A stretch of DNA of 6,085 nt from an uncultured Gammaproteobacteria bacterium (GTDB taxonomy: Bacteria; Patescibacteriota; Microgenomatia; Daviesbacterales; UBA10151), in contig CAZFVS010000056.1 of assembly GCA_964522265.1 (NCBI GenBank), positions 1 to 6,085 of the forward strand. Reading direction: 5' to 3'. The notes beneath the pieces are model-generated. The model saw nothing but the letters and a program-made list of their open reading frames with translations. It was not told where the DNA came from and searched no databases. Every line of letters starts with the position of its first letter. Position 1 is the stretch's first letter. The position numbers were made by a program, and so were the translations under genes. Of this stretch, positions 1-5,664 are shown in pieces.

Positions 1-599
1 ACTGTATCGACTTTACCAATGAAATCTGCGAAAGGACCATCGATTATTTTGACAGTATCATCCGGCAAAAAGACATCTTTGAAAGTTGGAGGCGCACCCT
101 GGCTCATGAATGTCACAATTGATTTGACTTCTGTTTCCGGGATCGGTGTGGGTTTATTGCCGATACCCACGAAAGAAGTGACTCCGGGAGTGGTCCGTAC
201 TGCCAGCCAGGAGTTGTCGTCAAGGATCATTTTAATCATGATATATCCGGGGAAGATTTTTTCTTTAACCTGTTCTTTTTTACCGGATCTTATCTCGATC
301 TTTTCCTGGGTTGGGACTAAGATGTCCAGGATTTTATTCTCTAAATGTTCTGATTCAATACGCTGTTTTAAAGCATTGGCGATCCTGTTTTCATGGCCGG
401 AATAGGTATGGATTATATACCATTTTGAGCCCGGGATATCATTTACCGGTGTATCTGTGGTGGAATCAGGTGTGATGTCTTTAGGCTGATCCTCTGCCGA
501 TTCTTCCGCTTCTTCGGCTGCTATCTCAGCTACTGATTGTTCAGTAGATATTGGCTCATCAGGCTCTTGTTTAATATTTTGGTTGTTGTCATTGCTCAT
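1..599 (-). CDS. nusG: Transcription termination/antitermination factor NusG, 3'-truncated by the window edge. Not in the supplied ORF track because no stop codon lies inside the window.
   Basis: Manual reverse-complement translation from the ATG (complement of 597-599) gives 199 codons with no stop: MSNDNNQNIKQEPDEPISTEQSVAEIAAEEAEESAEDQPKDITPDSTTDTPVNDIPGSKWYIIHTYSGHENRIANALKQRIESEHLENKILDILVPTQEKIEIRSGKKEQVKEKIFPGYIMIKMILDDNSWLAVRTTPGVTSFVGIGNKPTPIPETEVKSIVTFMSQGAPPTFKDVFLPDDTVKIIDGPFADFIGKVDT. KWYIIHTYSGHE..FPGYI..W..VR.TPGVTSFVG is the NGN domain signature, and VKIIDGPFADFIGKV is the start of the KOW motif. It sits 1 nt downstream of secE, the classical secE-nusG arrangement. Confidence 0.92.
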   Translation of the reverse strand, partial: MSNDNNQNIKQEPDEPISTEQSVAEIAAEEAEESAEDQPKDITPDSTTDTPVNDIPGSKWYIIHTYSGHENRIANALKQRIESEHLENKILDILVPTQEKIEIRSGKKEQVKEKIFPGYIMIKMILDDNSWLAVRTTPGVTSFVGIGNKPTPIPETEVKSIVTFMSQGAPPTFKDVFLPDDTVKIIDGPFADFIGKVDT

Positions 600-600
600 A

Positions 601-780
601 TTATTTAAGAACTAAACTTGTGAGTTGTGTCAGTAGATAATCGACTCCGCCTATAAAAAACCCGACCCCTAATGCTACAAAGATTACAATTATAGTTAGT
701 TTAACTGTTTCTTCCCTTGTTGGCCACACAACTTTTGCAAGTTCAGCTCTTACCTCCTTCAAAAAATTAACAGCTTTCAT
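601..780 (-). CDS. secE: Preprotein translocase subunit SecE (59 aa, single TM helix). Below the ORF-track length cutoff.
   Basis: Reverse-complement translation: MKAVNFLKEVRAELAKVVWPTREETVKLTIIVIFVALGVGFFIGGVDYLLTQLTSLVLK then TAA. The F.KEVR.EL.KV.WPTR.E motif followed by one hydrophobic helix is the typical short bacterial SecE. It lies immediately upstream of nusG. Confidence 0.88.
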   Translation of the reverse strand: MKAVNFLKEVRAELAKVVWPTREETVKLTIIVIFVALGVGFFIGGVDYLLTQLTSLVLK

Positions 781-785
781 TTTGT

Positions 786-810
786 CAAAAAAGCCTCCAG
801 TTTTGGAGGC
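786..810 (-). terminator. Terminator-like hairpin with a U-tract inside the very short secE leader. It could act as an attenuator, a 5' stabiliser stem-loop or an SD-sequestering structure.
   Basis: The plus strand reads GCCTCCA(793-799) GTTT TGGAGGC(804-810), a perfect 7-bp stem with a 4-nt loop. On the minus strand the stem is followed by TTTTTT (complement of A787-A792) and then GACAAA-ATG of secE. The 3' arm on the minus strand carries GGAGG, the only SD-like element upstream of secE, 13 nt from the ATG. Confidence 0.5.
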
Positions 811-819
811 CTTTTGTCA

Positions 820-848
820 AGTATAGCAAAATTAAAGTCTAATATCAA
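820..848 (-). promoter_or_regulatory. Candidate sigma70-type promoter for secE-nusG
   Basis: The minus strand reads TTGATA (complement of 843-848), a 17-nt spacer ending in TGC (extended -10 TGn), then TATACT (complement of 820-825). That is 5/6 matches to each consensus hexamer at ideal spacing. The predicted start is about 7 nt downstream, just 5' of the hairpin at 793-810. Confidence 0.6.
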
Positions 849-857
849 TGGTATAAT
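849..857 (+). promoter_or_regulatory. Candidate extended -10 promoter (TGGTATAAT) for the ASCH/FN3 gene pair
   Basis: TG-G-TATAAT at 849-857 has a perfect -10 hexamer with an extended TGn. There is no good -35 at 17+/-1 nt, which an extended -10 promoter can tolerate. The hexamer ends 9 nt before the ATG at 867. Confidence 0.5.
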
Positions 858-866
858 CTTTTCAGA

Positions 867-1271
867 ATGAAAAAGCACTTAGCAATCTTTACTAAAGAAG
901 CAGTTCAGAGGATTTTTGAGGGGGGAAAAACAGTAGAATCACGTTTCTCGAAGCATAAAATAGTGCCTTTCGGATCAGTAGAAATAGGAGATCTGGTCTA
1001 TATTAAACCTGCAGGCGGGGAGATTATTGGGCAGTTTTTGGTAAAAAAGGTAATTTCTTTTGCGGGTTTAGATCAGGAAAATTGGCAATTAATCAGGCAA
1101 AACTATGGGGAGTTGATCTCTTTGGGCAGCAGGGAGTTGGATGATCAGTTTTTTGATGTCCATAAAAATGCTAAATTTGGGACGTTAATTTTCATCGGTC
1201 AGGTTGAACAATTTCTAACAGCACCGATAAAAATCACTAAAAAAGACCTTCGGGGCTGGGTAGTTTTATGA
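867..1271 (+). CDS. ASCH-domain (PUA-like fold) protein, 134 aa
   Basis: The N-terminal segment AIFTKEAVQRIFEGGKTVESRFSK..GDLVYIK..GEIIGQFLVKKV fits my recollection of the ASCH pattern: G-x-K-T-x-E-x-R, then a GD-containing strand and a hydrophobic beta strand. Size is consistent with single-domain ASCH proteins. Assignment is from motif memory, not a search. Confidence 0.65.
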   Translation: MKKHLAIFTKEAVQRIFEGGKTVESRFSKHKIVPFGSVEIGDLVYIKPAGGEIIGQFLVKKVISFAGLDQENWQLIRQNYGELISLGSRELDDQFFDVHKNAKFGTLIFIGQVEQFLTAPIKITKKDLRGWVVL

Positions 1272-1284
1272 GATAATGGAATAA

Positions 1285-2010
1285 ATGAACCAACAAGGAT
1301 ACACCCTGAAAGATGCATTTGGTGTAGTTGTCCTACTTATTATTTTTGTCTTAATACCATTGGGAGTCTATCTTACATCCAGACAAACTGCTTTTTTTAG
1401 TAAAGCGGATGCAAATATATTCCCCTCTCAGGTTAAAATTAGCAACATATCCGAAGACTCCCTAACAATTTCCTGGGTGACATTAGGTAAAGCTGCAATA
1501 GGATTTGTCAGTTTTGGCAATACCTCAAATTTAGGCAACAGTCTGTTTGACGATCGGGATACCGATGTTAGAACTGCCCGTTTTACCCACTATGTGACCC
1601 TTAAAAATCTTAACCCCCAAACAAAATATTATTTTAAAATCGGTTCTGCAGGTGTTCTGTTTGATAACAACGGTATGGTTTATGAGGCCGTTACAGCGCC
1701 GATCAGTGAAACTCCTCTGCCTCTTTCAAAATCTATAGCTGGTAGAGTTACCAAACAAGACGGTTCTATGCCAGATGAAGCAATAATATATATAACTACT
1801 CAGGATGGTTATCTGTTATCGGGTTTGTCTAAGAGTGGGAATTGGTCGGTTCCTTTGCATAAGGCCAGAAATGCCGATCTTTCGAAGTATGCCGAATTCA
1901 CCTCGGATGAGCAGTTTGATTTAATGGTGCAAACAGGTAAAAGCGGCAGCACTAATCAGACATTTAACCTGGATGATGAATTGAAAGAATTGAATATCAC
2001 AATTAATTAA
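1285..2010 (+). CDS. Membrane-anchored extracytoplasmic protein with an N-terminal TM/signal anchor, an FN3-like (purple-acid-phosphatase N-terminal-like) domain and a carboxypeptidase-regulatory-like beta-sandwich. No catalytic domain recognised.
   Basis: The hydrophobic stretch VVVLLIIFVLIPLGVYLTS lies near the N-terminus. VKISNISEDSLTISWVT...GFVSFG....FTHYVTLKNLNPQTKYYFKIGS resembles the FN3/Pur_ac_phosph_N pattern. IAGRVTKQDGSMPDEAIIYITTQDGYLLSGLSKSGNWSVPL resembles a CarboxypepD_reg-like repeat. It is 13 nt downstream of the ASCH gene, so the two are probably co-transcribed. Confidence 0.55.
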   Translation: MNQQGYTLKDAFGVVVLLIIFVLIPLGVYLTSRQTAFFSKADANIFPSQVKISNISEDSLTISWVTLGKAAIGFVSFGNTSNLGNSLFDDRDTDVRTARFTHYVTLKNLNPQTKYYFKIGSAGVLFDNNGMVYEAVTAPISETPLPLSKSIAGRVTKQDGSMPDEAIIYITTQDGYLLSGLSKSGNWSVPLHKARNADLSKYAEFTSDEQFDLMVQTGKSGSTNQTFNLDDELKELNITIN

Positions 2011-2016
2011 ACAGCC

Positions 2017-3327
2017 TTAGTCGTGTTTGACAGTAGGGTATAAAACCTCGTTTGTCTTGACTGTATGACCCAAAAATCTGAGTAAATAATGATAAATGCC
2101 GTTAGTTTTTATAACTTCAGAATAGACCTTTGCCGAAGGTCTTGGCGTTCTTTTCTGGGTTTGGTAATCTACCTCAATTAGTCCAAACCTGGGTCCGAAT
2201 CCTTCCGCCCACTCAAAGTTATCAATCAAAGACCAATGAAAGTATCCTTTAATATCAGCCCCTGTTTGGATGGCATGGTATATCTCTTTAAGATAAGCTA
2301 TCAAGAATCTGGCCCGTCTGTCGTCATTTGTTGAGGCAAGGCCGTTTTCTGTGATGTATATAGGCAGATGATAATCTGAGAAATCCATTAAAATATCAAA
2401 AATCCCTTCAGGGTAAATCTCCCAGCCCATATCCGAAACATCCTTTGTAGTTTTTGATATGTCAACAATCCTGGGAAACTTGGATTGGCCGTTAAAGCTG
2501 ATGTATTGATTGAAATAATAATTTAGCCCCAAAAAGTCGTGAGTTTTTTTACCGGTAAAAAAATAAAACGAATGATTGGCAAAATTATCCATCAGCCATT
2601 CGGTTATTCCTTCCTGGATGGAGTGGTGGTGGAAAGCGTCAAAAGATGCGACATTGTTTGCTATGCCGACTTTGGCGTTTGGGATAAGTTTGTGGATTGT
2701 CCGGTATGCTTTTTTGTGGGCTTGCGCCAGGTTCCAAATAATCTTGAGAGCACCCCATTTACTTTTTTTGCATGGAGGCCATTTCCCCTCCAAGTTTGTT
2801 GCCCATGCATAAACGCCTGGTTCGTTTAACGTAATCCATAAATCAACGTTTTCCGCAATCTCCGGAACAATTTTTTCAACAAACCTGACGAAAAATTTAA
2901 CATTTTTGCTATTTTCCCAGCCGCCTTTATCTGCGACCCACTTTGGTAGAGTGAAATGCCAGAGGGTTAACATAACAATAATATCCCTGTTTTTGAGAGC
3001 CTGCAAAACTTTTTTGTAGTGGTCAATAGCTTGCTTATCAAATTCTCCTTCTTTGGGTTCAATTCTGGCCCATTCAATACCTAACCGGTGGGCGTTATGA
3101 TACATTTTTTTTGCTAAGTCAAAATCTGATTCAAACCTGTTATATTGGTCACAAGCTTGTCCCGAACGTTTTTCTTCAGGTTGTTTGTTTTGCTCCCAGT
3201 CCCACCAGTCGCTGTGTATGTTATTGCCTTCTACCTGATGGGCGCTGGTGGCTGCGCCCCAAAGAAAGCCTTCAGGAAAAAATAGGGTAGCATGGTCGTG
3301 TTTCGGTTTGGGGGGAGCATCCCGCAT
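2017..3327 (-). CDS. Glycoside hydrolase family 1 beta-glucosidase/beta-galactosidase-type enzyme (436 aa), with no signal peptide
   Basis: The full set of GH1 signatures is present: FPEGFLWGAATSAHQVEGN, HRLGIEWARIEP, HFTLPKW, acid/base ITLNEPGVYA (NEP), nucleophile IYITENG, WSLIDNFEWAEGFGPRFGLIEVDY. The N-terminus MRDAPPKPKHDHATLF is hydrophilic, indicating a cytoplasmic protein. Confidence 0.95.
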   Translation of the reverse strand: MRDAPPKPKHDHATLFFPEGFLWGAATSAHQVEGNNIHSDWWDWEQNKQPEEKRSGQACDQYNRFESDFDLAKKMYHNAHRLGIEWARIEPKEGEFDKQAIDHYKKVLQALKNRDIIVMLTLWHFTLPKWVADKGGWENSKNVKFFVRFVEKIVPEIAENVDLWITLNEPGVYAWATNLEGKWPPCKKSKWGALKIIWNLAQAHKKAYRTIHKLIPNAKVGIANNVASFDAFHHHSIQEGITEWLMDNFANHSFYFFTGKKTHDFLGLNYYFNQYISFNGQSKFPRIVDISKTTKDVSDMGWEIYPEGIFDILMDFSDYHLPIYITENGLASTNDDRRARFLIAYLKEIYHAIQTGADIKGYFHWSLIDNFEWAEGFGPRFGLIEVDYQTQKRTPRPSAKVYSEVIKTNGIYHYLLRFLGHTVKTNEVLYPTVKHD

Positions 3328-3331
3328 AAAA

Positions 3332-3919
3332 TTAAGGGCTTATGACTGCGAAACCGTTGTTATTTACACTTGGATCGCCGAATATTTTTGTATTATTGCA
3401 GTAAGCATAAGCTTTTTGGCTGTTTGCATCTTTGTCATTGGCATTCTCAAGTGTTGTAACCAAAACATAATAATTGCCTGGTATGGTTGTGGGGCAAGAG
3501 CCGCCTGATAAACCGCTGGCAAAGCCGTATGCGTATCCTTTGTTATTGCTGGATGTTGTGGGATTTAAATTGCTGTTGGTAGTTGGGTCTATTGGCATCT
3601 GGCTGATATGGTCAGGTGCTTTTAAAGGTCCTTTGGTTGTATCGCAAGCAAGTACCCCTGTAAAAGTATTATCAGTGATCCAATTACTGCTGGTGGTAGG
3701 GCTAAGGATCCAACCTCCCGTTGGGGGGCAGGGATATCTGCCGTTTGTCTGTTTATAAAGCTCCAGGGCGGTAGCAATTTGTCTTAAATCATTTTTTCTT
3801 CTTCCGTCCCGTCCAACCATTTGGGCGTTACCATATAATGAAAAACCAATAGAAGAGACAATAGCGAGGATAGTTATTGTGACCAGAAGCTCGATTAGAG
3901 TAAACCCCTTTTTTTTCAT
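3332..3919 (-). CDS. Type IV pilin-like / GspG-like pseudopilin with an N-terminal prepilin cleavage-methylation motif (195 aa using the corrected start)
   Basis: MKKKG|FTLIELLVTITILAIVSSIGFSL is a canonical class III signal: a short basic leader, Gly at -1, Phe at +1, Glu at +5 and a hydrophobic helix. Downstream, RRKNDLRQIATALELY and MPIDPTTN...GYAYG...NYYVLVTTLENANDKDA resemble the GspG/PulG-type globular domain. There are four Cys residues. The track start at 3994 would add 25 non-basic residues ahead of the leader, so the ATG at 3919 (complement of 3917-3919) is preferred. Confidence 0.85.
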   Translation of the reverse strand: MKKKGFTLIELLVTITILAIVSSIGFSLYGNAQMVGRDGRRKNDLRQIATALELYKQTNGRYPCPPTGGWILSPTTSSNWITDNTFTGVLACDTTKGPLKAPDHISQMPIDPTTNSNLNPTTSSNNKGYAYGFASGLSGGSCPTTIPGNYYVLVTTLENANDKDANSQKAYAYCNNTKIFGDPSVNNNGFAVISP

Positions 3920-4013
3920 GGACAGTAATTTTAGGATACAATGGAATGGAGTTATTATGCAACTGCCAATTTTAATTGCGGACCCCAGGCACAAAAGGCG
4001 TCCCCTTTCGAGG

Positions 4014-4793
4014 CTAGCTGCTGGCGGAAGTGTAGTGTTTTAGGGAGTAGCTCCAGAATTTTAATGATAAAAAAAGTAGTGCAAGCGCGATGATAATTGA
4101 GATAGCAATAAATTGCCCTGACAGTAACCCCATTAAAGCTTTGGGCGGGAAGGTCATCATAATTCCTAAAGGTATGGCAAATGTCAAAAGTGAGCGGATA
4201 GGTTCTATATAAATATCTATAGGAATTCTTGCCATGCTTGACAGGTCTCTGTAAACCATAATTAGGTGGTCAATTGAGGTAGTGAGTATCCCTATACCTA
4301 AAACTGATATATGGAAAGCTGCAGCAATAAGTAACCCGTTTAAAATCATCAGAGCATAAAAAAGCCACTGGGATATTGATGGATGAAAACTTACAGCAGC
4401 AAACCAGACAGTTGAAAAAGTTATCAAAATTAACATAAAAAGGTCAAGGATGTCAGCCCCGCCCAAAAGTACGCGTATCAGTGGATTTAACGGTCTGGCC
4501 AGGACAAAATCAAAATTTCCGGAAACAATCAGTTCCCTAAACCTATAAACCTCTCTGAATAAAAGTTGTGCAGCAGAATCTGCCAGGTTGAAGGAGAGGT
4601 AAAAAAAGATGACCTGTTCCCTTGAATATCCTGCCAGCCCTTTTGACCCGTGGAGTAAAAAGTTTAAAAAAATTAAAAAAAGGGTGATCCTTAAAAATTT
4701 GCCCAAAAGAAATATGACCACAGACATTTTATTGTAAAGGGTTTGCTCAAAAGAGTTAATTGTATATTTAATCCAGATTTTGAATTCTTTCAT
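4014..4793 (-). CDS. ABC-2 family transporter permease (second permease of the operon), 259 aa
   Basis: This is a polytopic hydrophobic protein with about 6 predicted helices. The N-terminal cytoplasmic segment MKEFKIWIKYTINSFEQTLYNK is followed by TM-rich sequence. Its start is 1 nt downstream of the preceding permease stop, and GAAGGGA lies upstream of the ATG. The ATPase plus two ~260-aa permease layout matches, from memory, the uncharacterised ABC-2 (COG4586/COG4587/COG3694-type) systems. Confidence 0.75.
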   Translation of the reverse strand: MKEFKIWIKYTINSFEQTLYNKMSVVIFLLGKFLRITLFLIFLNFLLHGSKGLAGYSREQVIFFYLSFNLADSAAQLLFREVYRFRELIVSGNFDFVLARPLNPLIRVLLGGADILDLFMLILITFSTVWFAAVSFHPSISQWLFYALMILNGLLIAAAFHISVLGIGILTTSIDHLIMVYRDLSSMARIPIDIYIEPIRSLLTFAIPLGIMMTFPPKALMGLLSGQFIAISIIIALALLFLSLKFWSYSLKHYTSASS

Positions 4794-4794
4794 C

Positions 4795-5595
4795 TTATTT
4801 CCCTTCCGATGAATAACTTTTCAGCCCCTTTTTCCAAAGTAATTTTGTCAGAAAAAACATCAGCATGGCCCAAACCAAGGACTGGAAAAGTATTTGCAGC
4901 AGATAAAACCCAGTTATTTTTCCTAAAATTATTGCAATTGGAAAATAGATAAGGTAAGGGAAAGGTGTCAGCTGCAAAACAATTTTTAAAAAATCAGGTA
5001 AGATATCCAACGGAAAAATGCTTCCTGCAAAAGTTTCAATTAAAATTGCTATAAAAAATCTGGCACCCCAAATATCTTCCGGCCTCCAAAAAGCAAAAGA
5101 GGCAGCAGTAATACTGATTAAAAAATAAATGATCATTGCTAAAATAGAGATTAAAAAAAATGCCAAGAGACTGACCAAATTTTCCGGTAGTTTAATGTCA
5201 GGCCGCAAAATTAATGCCAGGACGCCGATTTCAAAAACTGCAAAAATTAAATTCAAAACTTTACTTGATAAGTCCCTCGTAAACCAGTATTTCAGATAAT
5301 TGATCGGTTTAACCAGGTAATTGCTCAAATCCCCCCTGGCGATTTCCCCTCCGATATTTTCAGCTGAAGGCGCGGATAATACAAAGGTATTGATTACAAG
5401 TACCAGAAATACATAAGTTAGCATATCTTGTTGGGAATATCCAAACACTGACCTATTTGAATAAAAGACTCCTTGCCAGAGGAAAAATGTCATTAAAAAC
5501 CGCAGGATATTTCTAAACCGCCAAAGGATGAAATTTAACCTGTAGGTAAACTCGTTTTGCAAGGCAAGGGAAAAGATAGTGAAATACTTAATCAT
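4795..5595 (-). CDS. ABC-2 family transporter permease (first permease), 266 aa
   Basis: This is a polytopic hydrophobic protein: MIKYFTIFSLALQNEFTYRLNFILWRFRNILRFLMTFFLW followed by multiple TM segments. It lies between the ABC ATPase and the second permease on the same strand. Confidence 0.75.
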   Translation of the reverse strand: MIKYFTIFSLALQNEFTYRLNFILWRFRNILRFLMTFFLWQGVFYSNRSVFGYSQQDMLTYVFLVLVINTFVLSAPSAENIGGEIARGDLSNYLVKPINYLKYWFTRDLSSKVLNLIFAVFEIGVLALILRPDIKLPENLVSLLAFFLISILAMIIYFLISITAASFAFWRPEDIWGARFFIAILIETFAGSIFPLDILPDFLKIVLQLTPFPYLIYFPIAIILGKITGFYLLQILFQSLVWAMLMFFLTKLLWKKGLKSYSSEGK

Positions 5596-5601
5596 TTTAT
5601 C

Positions 5602-5664
5602 ATTGAAAATTCATTAAAAACCTGTCTGCCGACAGGCAAGATTGAAAATTTTAAATTGGAAATT
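5602..5664. repeat. Three copies of the 10-mer ATTG(A/G)AAATT bracketing the intercistronic hairpin
   Basis: ATTGAAAATT occurs at 5602-5611 and 5641-5650 as exact copies. ATTGGAAATT occurs at 5655-5664 with one mismatch and overlaps the ATPase stop codon. All three lie within or at the edge of the 67-nt intergenic gap. Confidence 0.5.
5616..5636 (-). terminator. Short intercistronic hairpin plus T-run between the ATPase and the first permease gene; a possible partial terminator or mRNA processing/stability element
   Basis: The plus strand reads CCTGTC(5621-5626) TGCC GACAGG(5631-5636), a perfect 6-bp stem with a 4-nt loop. On the minus strand it is followed directly by TTTTT (complement of 5616-5620) and then AATGAATTTT. 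Confidence 0.4.

Noticed and set aside
19-405. 128-aa plus-strand ORF from the supplied track
   Set aside because: It lies entirely antisense to the strongly supported nusG reading frame. Its composition is featureless and it has no recognisable motifs. It is a shadow ORF.
781-866. Possible tRNA or small RNA gene upstream of secE, by analogy with tRNA-Trp in other bacteria
   Set aside because: There is no cloverleaf-compatible pairing and no T-loop or D-loop consensus. The region is better explained by two promoters plus one hairpin.
1269-1271. Possibility of an alternative genetic code (TGA read as Gly, as in some candidate phyla), since the ASCH ORF ends in TGA
   Set aside because: Read-through would add an implausible Cys-rich tail and overlap the next gene out of frame. 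Trp is encoded by TGG throughout the conserved GH1 motifs. All other genes end in TAA or TAG at sensible positions. The standard bacterial code fits.
2017-2095. Apparent ~25-aa C-terminal extension of the GH1 enzyme beyond the usual ...EVI..NG end (IYHYLLRFLGHTVKTNEVLYPTVKHD)
   Set aside because: GH1 C-termini vary in length, and I cannot align against family members here. It is not distinctive enough to report as a finding.
2539-2829. 96-aa and 78-aa plus-strand ORFs (2539-2829 and 2576-2812)
   Set aside because: Both are antisense to the GH1 gene, whose conserved motifs span this region. They also overlap each other in different frames. Both are typical shadow ORFs.
3248-3758. 86-aa (3248-3508) and 94-aa (3474-3758) plus-strand ORFs
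   Set aside because: They are antisense to the GH1 5' end and the pilin-like gene. They have no start context, promoter or recognisable domain. The minus-strand genes explain the region fully.
3920-3994. N-terminal 25-aa extension of the pilin ORF (MCLGSAIKIGSCIITPFHCILKLLS), and candidate promoters CATAAT/TAAAAT in the 3920-4013 gap
   Set aside because: The extension is incompatible with a prepilin leader. The -10-like hexamers lack convincing -35 partners at 16-18 nt, so I do not call a promoter here. The AAAGG-GGACG-CCTTT stem after the permease stop is only 5 bp, too weak to call a terminator.
4743-4952. 69-aa plus-strand ORF across the permease-permease junction
   Set aside because: It is antisense to two tightly coupled ABC-2 permease genes and has no supporting signals.
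5598-5612. Mini-ORF ATG AAT TTT CAA TGA (MNFQ) on the minus strand between the intercistronic hairpin and the first permease start
   Set aside because: Four codons in AT-rich DNA are expected by chance, and there is no SD. It cannot be supported from sequence alone.
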